Shown here: positions 45,526-55,021 of the stretch, piece after piece
Layout: each line of letters starts with the position of its first letter
Position numbering within the stretch: the stretch's first letter is position 1
NCBI GenBank assembly: GCA_036276135.1
Contig: DATBEL010000060.1
Location: forward strand, 3,066 to 67,065
Source of the DNA: Candidatus Dormiibacterota bacterium
Lineage (GTDB): Bacteria > Chloroflexota > Dormibacteria > Aeolococcales > Aeolococcaceae
Direction of reading: 5' to 3'
Length of the DNA: 64,000 nt
Made by a program: the position numbers and the translations under genes
The notes under the pieces: model-generated
What the model saw: only the letters and a program-made list of their open reading frames with translations
Database searches by the model: none
Told to the model about the DNA's origin: nothing

Positions 45526-45951
45526 GTGATGGAGATGACACCGATCGCCGCCGACACCGACGTGCCGCCACGGAGCGCGTCCTTCGAGGAGAAGATGGCG
45601 TACTACCGCTCGCAGCACACCACCGTGGGGGTCCGCGCCACCCACCTGGTGGGGATCCCGGCGGTCACCGCCTCGATGCCGCTCATGGTCGCCCGGCCAC
45701 GGGTGGGCGTGCCCCTGTTCCTGGCGGGATGGACGCTCCAGGTGATCGGCCACAAGGTCTTCGAGAAGAACAGCCCAGCCCTGTCGAAGGGCTTCTTCAC
45801 CTACCAGTTCTGCGGCCTGGCGTTCTGGTGCGAGGAGATGGCGGACCTCATCGCCGGCCGCTCGCCGCTGAGTCGCGGCCGAGCAGATCTCTCCGAGGAC
45901 GGTGACGACGTCGCCGGCATCCCGATCGGAGACTACGCCGAGGCGCGCTGA
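45526..45951 (+). CDS. DUF962/Mpo1-like membrane protein
   Basis: YYRSQHTTVGVRATHLVGIP...GHKVFEKNSPAL is present. The start is GTG 45526 or ATG 45529. Confidence 0.72.
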   Translation: MMEMTPIAADTDVPPRSASFEEKMAYYRSQHTTVGVRATHLVGIPAVTASMPLMVARPRVGVPLFLAGWTLQVIGHKVFEKNSPALSKGFFTYQFCGLAFWCEEMADLIAGRSPLSRGRADLSEDGDDVAGIPIGDYAEAR

Positions 45952-45962
45952 GCACCCCTCCC

Positions 45963-46808
45963 TCAGGCCGCGATGAGCGCGACCGCTACAGCCGCCAGGA
46001 CGAGGCCACCGAGCTGCCCGCGGGCAAGGCGCTCGCCGAGCACAGCCCTGGCCAGGACCAGCGTCGCCGCCGGGTAGAGCGAGCTGAGCACGGCGACCAG
46101 CGCGAGCAGGCCGCGATGGGTCGCCAGCACATAGGTGAGGTTGGCGACGAAGTCGGTGATCCCCGCGACGATGGCCAGGCCCAGGGTGCGCCCCCGCGGC
46201 AGCGCGGGTGTACCGCGCCGCACCGCGACGCCGGTGAGGCCGAGGAGGATGGCCACCGAGGCCGCCCGCTGCCCGACCAGCGGCCAGGCACCGCCATCCG
46301 ACCCCGTCTGGGCGAGCAGCACGTAGAAACCTCCGAAGCTGAGCCCGGCGGCGAGCGCCGTCAGCAGCGCGCCACGGCTCACCGGTGCCGCGACGAGCGC
46401 ATCCGATTCCCGCCCGATCAGCACCATCGCGGGCAGCGCCAGCACCACGCCGCACAGCGCTGCCGCGCCGGGGCGCTCACCACGAAGCACACCCACGACA
46501 ACGGGCACGATGGCACTGAGCACGGCGGTGAGCGGAGCCACCACCGACATCGGTCCGATGGCAAGTCCGCGGTACAGCAGGATCACTCCGACCACGCCGA
46601 CGGCGCCCGCAGCGAGTCCCCAGGACACGTCGCCGAGGTGGTACACCGACCCGGGCAGCAGCGCCACCGCGAACAGAGCGATGACCAGGGTCAGGCTGTT
46701 GCTCACCAGCACGATGGCGATGGCCGGCGCCCGCCGCGAGGCCAGGCCACCGCTGAAATCGCTGATCCCATAGCCCACCGCGGAGACGAGCGCGAGGAGT
46801 GCGGCCAT
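45963..46808 (-). CDS. EamA/DMT-family transporter
   Basis: 281 aa, about 10 hydrophobic helices, and the N-terminus ALLALVSAVGYGISDFSGG. Confidence 0.85.
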   Translation of the reverse strand: MAALLALVSAVGYGISDFSGGLASRRAPAIAIVLVSNSLTLVIALFAVALLPGSVYHLGDVSWGLAAGAVGVVGVILLYRGLAIGPMSVVAPLTAVLSAIVPVVVGVLRGERPGAAALCGVVLALPAMVLIGRESDALVAAPVSRGALLTALAAGLSFGGFYVLLAQTGSDGGAWPLVGQRAASVAILLGLTGVAVRRGTPALPRGRTLGLAIVAGITDFVANLTYVLATHRGLLALVAVLSSLYPAATLVLARAVLGERLARGQLGGLVLAAVAVALIAA

Positions 46809-46867
46809 GCGGGGGGACTCTGCAACGGCTCACCGTGGTGCGGTGCGCTCCCGCCGGCCGTGGGTGT

Positions 46868-48091
46868 TCAGTGGCGCAGCGCGCCGATCAGCACCCCGCT
46901 GAGCCCGGTCACCAGCGCCGCGGTGGTGAGCGTCATGGCGGCCCGTCCCACGGCGGCGAGGAAGCGAATACGGTTGGAGCGCGCCCAGAGCACGGCTCGG
47001 GGGAGCGCCACCAACGCGATGGCGGCGATACCCGAGCCGACGGCCGGCCGGATCCACCAGTCGGGCGCGGTGGTGAACGAGGTGATGCCGAGCCCCCAGC
47101 CGCTGATCCCCGCTGCCGTCAGCGCGGCGCAGAAGAGCGCGATGAGCAGCGGTGCGTGGCGGAGCCGCGACAAGCCGGTGCGCTCCGGGGCCCGCGCCGG
47201 CCAGATGGGGTCGAGCACGTGCCACTGGTCGGCGTTCTGCTTGATCACCGGCTCGAACGCAGCGAGCACGGTGCGCGCAACACGCTGAACCTCAGCCTCG
47301 CGCGGAGCGTTGGCATCGTAGGGAATCTGCGGCATCGCGGACAGGCAGAGCCTGCCGCCGTGGCGCACCGACCACGCCGGGACGAGCGCGGAGTTGCAGC
47401 GGATCGCGATGTCGACGACGCCGAGCGGGATCGGGGTGGGCTCGCCGAAGAACTGCATGGGCACACCGGCCCCGGTGAGATCGCGGTCGATGGCGATGGC
47501 CACGGCGCCATTGCCGCGCAGCACCCCGAACACCTGGCGCAGCGCTCCGGCCGCGATGCGCCGGGCGGCGTCGGCCTCGGCGACGCGCATGGCGGCGACG
47601 TCGATGGGGATCACGCTGACGCCCAGCCGCGCCCGACCGCGGCGGAGGTGGTCGAACAGCCGCCGCGGATGGACCACCTCAGCAAGGACCGCCAGAGTCC
47701 CGGTGCCCGAGTTGAAAGCGACCAGTCCGGCATCCCATGGGCCGAGATGGCTGGCCACCATGACCACGCCCCGGCCGCCGGCCAGAGCGTCATTGAGGTG
47801 ATCGAGGCCCTCGAGGTCGAGTCGTCGCGCGCAAGAGCTCGGCCGCGACATGCGCAGCACATCGACCCAGGACCTGCCCAGGTTGCGCGCGTTGGCACGC
47901 ACCAGCGCACGAAGGCGGCGCGGCGGAAGCTCACCGGCGACGTGGGTCAGGTTGGAGCTGAGTCCGACGAATCGCCCGGGTGACAGCACGAGCATCACGT
48001 GGACCGCGGCGATGGCCAGCGCGTACGCGAACGCCAGGGGCATCATGTTGGCGAGCGCCTCGACGACCCGGTACGCCCAGTATTTCCTCAC
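46868..48091 (-). CDS. HtrB/LpxL-family acyltransferase paralog with a C-terminal multi-helix membrane extension
   Basis: GTG start. It is collinear with the 17757..18740 product (VVMVASHLGPWD, AIAIDRDLTGAG, QWHVLDPIW). About 110 extra hydrophobic residues follow. Confidence 0.8.
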   Translation of the reverse strand: MRKYWAYRVVEALANMMPLAFAYALAIAAVHVMLVLSPGRFVGLSSNLTHVAGELPPRRLRALVRANARNLGRSWVDVLRMSRPSSCARRLDLEGLDHLNDALAGGRGVVMVASHLGPWDAGLVAFNSGTGTLAVLAEVVHPRRLFDHLRRGRARLGVSVIPIDVAAMRVAEADAARRIAAGALRQVFGVLRGNGAVAIAIDRDLTGAGVPMQFFGEPTPIPLGVVDIAIRCNSALVPAWSVRHGGRLCLSAMPQIPYDANAPREAEVQRVARTVLAAFEPVIKQNADQWHVLDPIWPARAPERTGLSRLRHAPLLIALFCAALTAAGISGWGLGITSFTTAPDWWIRPAVGSGIAAIALVALPRAVLWARSNRIRFLAAVGRAAMTLTTAALVTGLSGVLIGALRH

Positions 48092-48421
48092 TGCATCCCT
48101 CGAGAACAGGTGGTGCTGACCTCAACTGGAACATCGGAACCCGGTGAGCCGGCGGCTCATCGTGACCCGCAGGCCATCAATCGTCTGCCCGGTGCGTGAC
48201 CAATCATCGCGTGCAATGGTTGCCGTGGTTGCTTTCGCGACAGCCGCGTTTCGCCGCGAGAACGCCGCCGCATGGTAGGGTGTCAATTGACTGCGGCGTT
48301 CGTTACATGCGTCGCTGCCCTTCTTGCGGTTCCTCTCCCCGTGTCTCACGGGTTCCCCAAGCCAGGCACAACGACCAGAGCTTCGAGGGGAAGCGCAGAG
48401 CCGTCACGGCTCGGGAGACTC

Positions 48422-49675
48422 ATGACATCGTTCGCTGACATGGGTGTGCGTCCGCGCACACTCCAGGCCTTGCAAGAGGCGCACATCACCACACCGCTGC
48501 CCGTCCAGGCCGAGGCAATCCCGCCTCTGCTCGCCGGCCGCGACGTCGTTGCCGAGGCCCCGACCGGGTCTGGCAAGACCCTCGCATTTCTCATCCCCAT
48601 GGTCGAACGACTCGCCGGCCACCGCCGCGACGGCGGAGCGCGCGCCCTCGTGGTGGCGCCCTCGCGCGAGCTCGCCAACCAGATCGGCGCCGTGCTGAGG
48701 GGCATCGACAAGGGTCTGCGCGTGGCCATGGTCTATGGAGGTGTGGGCTACGGCGGCCAGCTCAACGCGCTTCGCTACAGCCCCGACGTGGTCATCGGTT
48801 GCCCGGGTCGCATCCTCGACCTGGCCAGCCAGGGCAAGGCGAACCTCTCCGCCGTGGAGTACCTCGTCCTCGACGAGGCGGACGAGATGCTCGACCAGGG
48901 GTTCGCGCCTGACGTCGAGCGGATCATCGCCATGACCCCCGGCGACGGGCCGAGGCGCCGCCAGACGGTGCTCACCTCCGCGACGATGCCGGCTTGGGTG
49001 CAGCGCATGATCGACCGCCACCTCGTCGAGCCCGCGATCATCCGCGTGGCCAGGCAGGGCGAGCCGACTCTCGAGCACGCCATCCTGCACATGGAACGCG
49101 CCAACAAGGTGGACACGCTGTCACGCCTGCTCCGCCGACACGACGGATCGGCGCTGGTGTTCCATCGCACCAAGCACGGTGCCAAGGGCCTGGCACGCGA
49201 CCTCAACGCACGCGGTCATCGCAGTGTCGAGCTGCAGGGCAACCTGTCGCAGAACGCGCGGGATCGTGCGGTCGCGATGTTCCGCAGCGGGCAGGCCGAC
49301 GTGCTCGTCGCCACCAACGTTGCCGCCCGGGGTCTCGACATCAGCGGCGTCGCCGTGGTCGTCAACTACGAGCTGCCCGAGACCCCGCAGTGGCTCACTC
49401 ACCGAGTCGGCCGCACCGCGCGCAACGGCGCTGCCGGGCGGGCCTTCACGTTCCTCACGCGTGAGGATGCCGAGAAGTGGCGCAAGCTGCGCCGCCTGGG
49501 CGCTCCCGAGCTGCCCGGGGCCGACACCGATCACCTGCTCAACACCGGCGACATCCGCTGGATCGCCGCCCCGCCGATGGGCCTCGCCGACCGTCGACCG
49601 AACCACCGCCCGCAGCGCCCCGGTGGCGCCGCCGGCTTTCGCCGGCGCAGGCCGCGTCCGGCGTCTGTTCGCTAG
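48422..49675 (+). CDS. DEAD-box ATP-dependent RNA helicase
   Basis: ORF trimmed to ATG 48422. Motifs: Q-motif region, AEAPTGSGKT, DEAD, SAT, HRVGRTAR. The C-tail is Arg/Pro-rich. Confidence 0.93.
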   Translation: MTSFADMGVRPRTLQALQEAHITTPLPVQAEAIPPLLAGRDVVAEAPTGSGKTLAFLIPMVERLAGHRRDGGARALVVAPSRELANQIGAVLRGIDKGLRVAMVYGGVGYGGQLNALRYSPDVVIGCPGRILDLASQGKANLSAVEYLVLDEADEMLDQGFAPDVERIIAMTPGDGPRRRQTVLTSATMPAWVQRMIDRHLVEPAIIRVARQGEPTLEHAILHMERANKVDTLSRLLRRHDGSALVFHRTKHGAKGLARDLNARGHRSVELQGNLSQNARDRAVAMFRSGQADVLVATNVAARGLDISGVAVVVNYELPETPQWLTHRVGRTARNGAAGRAFTFLTREDAEKWRKLRRLGAPELPGADTDHLLNTGDIRWIAAPPMGLADRRPNHRPQRPGGAAGFRRRRPRPASVR

Positions 49676-49695
49676 CGTTCGGGTAGGCTCTCTCG

Positions 49696-49962
49696 ATGGC
49701 CGAATCGTGCAGCCATCTCGACACCATCACCGACGCCCCGCCCACGGCGGCCGGGTGCGTCGAGTGCCTCGCCGTCGGCCAGGCGTGGGTGCACCTCCGG
49801 CGGTGCACCGTGTGTGGCCACATCGGCTGCTGTGATTCCTCGATCGGCAAGCACGCGACCAAGCACTTCAAAGCGACGACGCACCCGGTGGTTCAGTCGT
49901 TCCAGCCCGACGAGAGCTGGTACTGGTGCTACGCCGACGAGGTCATGTTCGAGCTCGACTGA
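49696..49962 (+). CDS. UBP-type zinc-finger protein
   Basis: 88 aa. CVECLAVGQAWVHLRRCTVCGHIGCCDSSIGKHATKHF is present. Confidence 0.8.
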   Translation: MAESCSHLDTITDAPPTAAGCVECLAVGQAWVHLRRCTVCGHIGCCDSSIGKHATKHFKATTHPVVQSFQPDESWYWCYADEVMFELD

Positions 49963-51782
49963 CCTCCGCGCTTGCGGATCTTGTTGCGCTCGTCCGCGTT
50001 GAGCACGCGCTTGCGCAGCCTGATCCCCTTGGGCGTCACCTCGACCAGCTCGTCGTCGTCGATGAAGTCGAGGCTCTCCTCCAATGACATGGTGCGAGCC
50101 GGCACCAGCCGGACGGTGGCGTCCTCGGTGGACGAGCGGATGTTGGTCTTCTGCTTCTGCTTGGTGACGTTGAGGTGGAGGTCCCCGGGACGGCGATTGA
50201 GCCCGACGACCATGCCCTCGTAGACAGCCGTGCCCGGGCCGATGAAGGGCTGGCCGCGCTCTTGGAGCCCGAGGAGGCCGTAGGCCACCGCGGTGCCCGG
50301 CTGGCTGGCGGTGAGCACGCCGTTGCGTGTGGTCGGCGGCAGGGTGCGCCAGGGCTCCCAGCCGAGCAGGCGGGTCGACATCACCCCGGTGCCGCGGGTC
50401 AGGGTGAGGATCTGGCTGCGCAGACCGATGAGCGCCCGCGTCGGCGCGTGGTGGATGAGCCGCGCTCGGCCGGCGGCGTCGGTGCGCATCGACTGCATCT
50501 GGGCGCCGCGCGAGCCCAGCGTCTCGGCGATGGCCCCCACGGCGGCGGCGTCGCAGTCGATGATGCACTCCTCGACGGGCTCGTTGCGCTGACCGTCGAT
50601 CTCCCGGGTGATCACCGCGGGCCGGGACACCTCGAACTCGTATCCCTCACGACGCATGGTCTCGATGAGGATGGCGAGGTGCAGCTCACCGCGGCCGCTG
50701 ACCTCGAAGATGTCGGCGGTGGGACCGTCGGCGACGCGCAGCGCGACGTTGGTGAGCAGCTCGCGCTCCAACCGAGCGCGCAGCTGGCGCGACGTGCTGC
50801 TCAGCGTCGCCTCGCGCCCCGCCAGCGGTGACTGGTTGACCGAGAACTGCATGCGCAGCGTGGGTTCACCCACCTCCGGGCGGGGCAGCGGCACGGGATC
50901 GTCGGCGTCGGCCACCGTGTCACCGATGGCGACATCCGCGAGGCCGGTGATGTAGACGATCTCGCCGGCCGCGACCTCATCGACGGGAACACGCTGCAGC
51001 GCCTCGACGGTCAGAACGGTGTTGATGCGCTGCCGCGGTCCGATACCGTCGGCGGCGCACACCACAACCTGCTGACCGACGCGCAGGATGCCCTTGTTGA
51101 TCCGGCCCAGGGCGAGGCGACCACTGTAGTTGTCGTGGTCGAGGTTGCTCACCAGCATCTGGAACGGCGCGTCCGGGTCGGCCGGTGGCGGCGGGACGTG
51201 GCTGAGGATGGTGTCGAGCAGGGGCTCGAGGGTGGTGCCCTCGTGCTTCAGGTCCATCGTCGCCGTGCCCTCGCGCCCATTGGTGTACACCACCGGCGCA
51301 TCGAGCTGCGTGGCGTCGGTGGCCAGCTCGAGCAGGAGGTCATGGGTGAGCTCGACCGTTTCCGCCGGGCGCGCGTTGGTCCTGTCGATCTTGTTGACGA
51401 CGATGATCGGACGCAGGCCGAGCGCGAGCGCCTGACGGAGGACGACACGCGTCTGCGGCATCGGTCCTTCGACGGCGTCGACGAGCAACAGACAGCCGTC
51501 GGCCATGCCCAACACGCGCTCGACCTCGCCACCGAAATCGGCATGCCCCGGTGTGTCGATGATGTTGAGCTTGACCCCGCGATAGCGGATCGAGGTGGTC
51601 TTGGCAAGGATGGTGATCCCCTTCTCGCGCTCGAGGTCGTTGCTGTCCATGATCAGCACGCCCACCTGCTCGTGAGCCGCGAAGACGCGTGACTGTTTGA
51701 GCAGAGCGTCCACCAGCGTCGTCTTGCCGTGGTCGACGTGGGCGACGATGGCGAGGTTGCGCAGGTCGGCGCGGCGGGGCAT
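49929..51782 (-). CDS. typA: translational GTPase TypA/BipA
   Basis: Contains [21 protein letters not shown] and NKID. ATG 51782 is preferred over GTG 51803. The 3' end overlaps the convergent zinc-finger gene by 34 nt. Confidence 0.95.
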   Translation of the reverse strand: MPRRADLRNLAIVAHVDHGKTTLVDALLKQSRVFAAHEQVGVLIMDSNDLEREKGITILAKTTSIRYRGVKLNIIDTPGHADFGGEVERVLGMADGCLLLVDAVEGPMPQTRVVLRQALALGLRPIIVVNKIDRTNARPAETVELTHDLLLELATDATQLDAPVVYTNGREGTATMDLKHEGTTLEPLLDTILSHVPPPPADPDAPFQMLVSNLDHDNYSGRLALGRINKGILRVGQQVVVCAADGIGPRQRINTVLTVEALQRVPVDEVAAGEIVYITGLADVAIGDTVADADDPVPLPRPEVGEPTLRMQFSVNQSPLAGREATLSSTSRQLRARLERELLTNVALRVADGPTADIFEVSGRGELHLAILIETMRREGYEFEVSRPAVITREIDGQRNEPVEECIIDCDAAAVGAIAETLGSRGAQMQSMRTDAAGRARLIHHAPTRALIGLRSQILTLTRGTGVMSTRLLGWEPWRTLPPTTRNGVLTASQPGTAVAYGLLGLQERGQPFIGPGTAVYEGMVVGLNRRPGDLHLNVTKQKQKTNIRSSTEDATVRLVPARTMSLEESLDFIDDDELVEVTPKGIRLRKRVLNADERNKIRKRGGQSSSNMTSSA

Positions 51783-51841
51783 GGGGTCCTGGGCGGATGG
51801 CACGGTGGTTATGGTGGACGACTCGCTAGCATCCGCGCCAG

Positions 51842-53173
51842 ATGAGTGAGATCGTCGTCGAGGTCACCGACCTGCTCCAGCGCCTGATCCGCAACGGCTG
51901 CGTCAACGACGGCACGCGTGACTCGGGGCAGGAGGTGCGCAACGCGGAGCTGCTGGCCGACCACCTCCGCGTGCCCGGTGTGGAGTTGACGACATTCGAG
52001 TCGCATCCCGGCCGGGCGTCGCTCCTGGCCCGCGTCGAGGGCGCCGATCCATCAGCCCCCACACTGATGCTGATGGGGCACACCGATGTCGTCCCGTTTG
52101 CCGCTGAGGGCTGGCAGCGCGATCCCCTGGGCGGCGAGCTGGTCGACGGAGTGGTCTGGGGCCGCGGCGCCATCGACATGCTCAACCTCACCGCCTCGAT
52201 GGCCGTCGCGACGCGCCGCCTGGCGGCTTCCGGACGCCGGCCCCGGGGCACCCTGCTGTTCCTCGCCGTCGCCGACGAGGAGGCGGGAGGTGCTCTTGGC
52301 GCCGGCTGGTTGATCGAACACGCGCTGGACGCCGTGCGCTGTGATTTCGTCATCACCGAGAACGGTGGCGTGCTGCAACACACTCCCGCCGGAGAGCGGA
52401 TCGGCATCACCGTTGGTGAGAAGGGCATCTGCTGGCTGCGGTTGCGCGTCCACGGCACGCCCGGGCACGGTTCGCGTCCGCTCAACGCCGACAACGCGCT
52501 GGTGAAGGCCGCTGAGGTGGTGACCCGGCTCGCCCACCACCGTCCCACAGCACACATCACCGATGCCTGGCGACGCTGGGTGGCCGCGATGGGTTTCGAA
52601 CCGTCGGTCGCGGCCGCGCTGGTGGATCCGTCGCTCGCCTGGGAGGGGATCGAGAAGCTGCCGCGCGACCTGGCGCCGACAGCGCACGCGCTCACCCACC
52701 TCACCGTCAGTCCCAACGTCATCAGCGGCGGCAGCAAGACCAACGTGATCCCCGGCCGGGTCGACCTCGAGGTCGACGTCCGCAAGGTTCCCGGTCAGCA
52801 CGACGCGGATGTCCTCGAGATGCTCGACACCGCGATCGGCTCGCTGCGCGGCGATGTCGAGGTCGAGATCATCCAGCGTGACGAACCCAGCGAGTCGCCG
52901 ATCGACACGCCCCTGTGGGACGCGATCAACCGAGCCGTCACAGCGGTCTACCCGCAGGCGATGTGCGTGCCATCACTGACCACCGGCGGCACCGATGCGC
53001 GCTTCTTCCGCTCGCTGGGAATCCCCGCCTACGGCATGGCGCTGTACAGCCGGGCGATGTCGCTGGCGCAATACAGCTCGATGTTCCACGGCAACGACGA
53101 GCGCGTCGACCAGGAGTCGCTGCGGCTCACCGTGGAGCTGTATGGCGCCGTGGCTCGCGATCTTCTCGGCTGA
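51842..53173 (+). CDS. M20/M25/M40-family metallopeptidase
   Basis: Contains LMGHTDVVP, AVADEEAGG and GGTDARF. Confidence 0.9.
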   Translation: MSEIVVEVTDLLQRLIRNGCVNDGTRDSGQEVRNAELLADHLRVPGVELTTFESHPGRASLLARVEGADPSAPTLMLMGHTDVVPFAAEGWQRDPLGGELVDGVVWGRGAIDMLNLTASMAVATRRLAASGRRPRGTLLFLAVADEEAGGALGAGWLIEHALDAVRCDFVITENGGVLQHTPAGERIGITVGEKGICWLRLRVHGTPGHGSRPLNADNALVKAAEVVTRLAHHRPTAHITDAWRRWVAAMGFEPSVAAALVDPSLAWEGIEKLPRDLAPTAHALTHLTVSPNVISGGSKTNVIPGRVDLEVDVRKVPGQHDADVLEMLDTAIGSLRGDVEVEIIQRDEPSESPIDTPLWDAINRAVTAVYPQAMCVPSLTTGGTDARFFRSLGIPAYGMALYSRAMSLAQYSSMFHGNDERVDQESLRLTVELYGAVARDLLG

Positions 53174-53185
53174 CAGTCGCCGAGC

Positions 53186-54100
53186 TCAGCCGGCCAGGCG
53201 CGTCACGCCAACGCGCTTGCTCATGGTCAGGACACCGGGGTGGGAGGCCAGGTAGGTCCCTGACACCGGAGCAACGTGAGCATAGTCTCGGCCGACGGCG
53301 ATGGTGAGATAGGTCATCCCGGTGACGCGACCATGGGTGGGGTCGAGCGAGAGCACGCGCGCGTGCCCATCGGGGGTGGGCAGCAGCACCTCCACCCAGG
53401 CGTGTGACCCGCCGGCGCCGAGCATCTGTCCGGACACGTAGCGCGACGGCAGCCCGAGAACGCGGGTCACCGCGAGGAGGACGTGGGCAAAATCCTGGCA
53501 GACTCCCGACCGTTGCGCGAAGGCCTCGGCGGCGGTGGTGTGCACGCCGGTGACATCGGTTGCATACCTCATCAGCTCGAACACCCGCTGGCACGCGGCC
53601 CTCGCCAACTCCTCACCGGTGAGCCCCGTGATGCGCAGTTCTGAGGCAAGCTGACGCAGCGCATCGTCGGGGGCAGTCAGCGGCGTTGGCTCGAGCAGCC
53701 GCGGATCGGTCAGGGACGTGGCCGCCGCGAGGTGCGGTCTGTCCGCCCATCGCTCGACGACGCTCCACGATATGAAGGTGACGCGCTCGGCCACGTAGGG
53801 AATGTCGATGTCGACGACGTGGTTGCCGAAATCGTCTCGGCGGCTGCGGACGCGGCGCGGGGCGGCGTCGACGACACGCACCTGGCGTGCGACGCGCCGC
53901 TGGTCACCGTGTGACTCGCGCGGCTGCACCATCAGGCGCTGGCGGAGGCGTCGCACCGGACCCTCGTACGCGTAGGTGATCTGCTGATGAATCACGTAGG
54001 CGCCGCGACGCACCAGGCTCCAGTCGACCCCTGTTGTGTCGATGACGGGGAGGCGGTCAGGCGTGTCAGGCTCGTCGTCGAAATCCAGCGGCAGTCTCAT
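53186..54100 (-). CDS. transglutaminase-like cysteine-protease-fold protein (Bact_transglu_N + TGase core)
   Basis: ATG 54100 overlaps the upstream stop (ATGA). The Cys-His-Asp set is present: GVCQDF, SHAWVEV, LDPTHG. Confidence 0.85.
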   Translation of the reverse strand: MRLPLDFDDEPDTPDRLPVIDTTGVDWSLVRRGAYVIHQQITYAYEGPVRRLRQRLMVQPRESHGDQRRVARQVRVVDAAPRRVRSRRDDFGNHVVDIDIPYVAERVTFISWSVVERWADRPHLAAATSLTDPRLLEPTPLTAPDDALRQLASELRITGLTGEELARAACQRVFELMRYATDVTGVHTTAAEAFAQRSGVCQDFAHVLLAVTRVLGLPSRYVSGQMLGAGGSHAWVEVLLPTPDGHARVLSLDPTHGRVTGMTYLTIAVGRDYAHVAPVSGTYLASHPGVLTMSKRVGVTRLAG

Positions 54101-54975
54101 GCCATCGAGTCCGCGAACGCGCCGAGCACGGGGGGGTCCGCGCTCGACCACGGCGGCGCGTCATCCGCCTCGGCGACAACCCGCATGGCCACCAACGGAG
54201 CCAGCCCGTACGTTGTGAGCATGGCCGTGTCGAGTGCGTCGCGGCCGCGGCCGATCACCACACGCCCCGCTCGTCGCGCGTTGTTGCGTGGGTCGAACGT
54301 ATACCAGCGCTCGCCGATGAAGGCCTCGAGCCAGGCCGCGAAATCCATCGGCTCGGCTGTCGGGGGCACTTCGATGTCGGGCAGGTAGCCGAAGCAATAG
54401 CGTGTCGGGATGTTGAGGGCGCGCAGGAACGCGACGGCGAGCTGGGTGAAGTCGCGGCAGACGCCGCGTCGCTGGATGTAGATGTCGGCGGCGGTGGTGT
54501 CGGGGGTGCTGCTGCCATGGCTGAAGGTGATGTTGTGGTGCACCCAATCGACCACCGCCTGCGCCCGTGACCACCCGGGCGGAGTGTCGCCGAACAGGGC
54601 CCAGGCGGTGTTGGACAGCGTGTCGGACTCGCAGTAGCGGCTGGCCAGGGTGAAATGCAATGTGTCGTCAGGCAGATCGGCCACCGCCGCCTGGGCCGCG
54701 GCGGGCTCGGCGGCGTCGACGCTGCCCTCCACCTCGACCAGCGCCTGATAGCGGATGTGTGTGCGTCCCGGGCCCAGGGTGAAGCGGGCGCCGACGTTGC
54801 CATAGAGGTCGATGAACCGGTGCATCGCAACCGGAGGGTCGGTGCGCAGCTCGGCAGCCGTGGAGGCCAGGATCGCGTCGGGCCGGGGCTCGACCTGGAG
54901 AACCATCGCGACCGGCCACTTGAGGTCGTGGACGAATTCGCAGCCGACACGCAGCCGACGGCGGGAGTCCGACAC
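54097..54975 (-). CDS. transglutaminase-like protein with catalytic His position substituted
   Basis: GTG start. GVCRDF is present, but the HAW position reads FAAWLEAF; FDPRN is present. Confidence 0.83.
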   Translation of the reverse strand: MSDSRRRLRVGCEFVHDLKWPVAMVLQVEPRPDAILASTAAELRTDPPVAMHRFIDLYGNVGARFTLGPGRTHIRYQALVEVEGSVDAAEPAAAQAAVADLPDDTLHFTLASRYCESDTLSNTAWALFGDTPPGWSRAQAVVDWVHHNITFSHGSSTPDTTAADIYIQRRGVCRDFTQLAVAFLRALNIPTRYCFGYLPDIEVPPTAEPMDFAAWLEAFIGERWYTFDPRNNARRAGRVVIGRGRDALDTAMLTTYGLAPLVAMRVVAEADDAPPWSSADPPVLGAFADSMA

Positions 54976-55021
54976 GACCCGAGTCTAACGCTGCCGCGCG
55001 CTCTCGACCGACAATGCGTTG

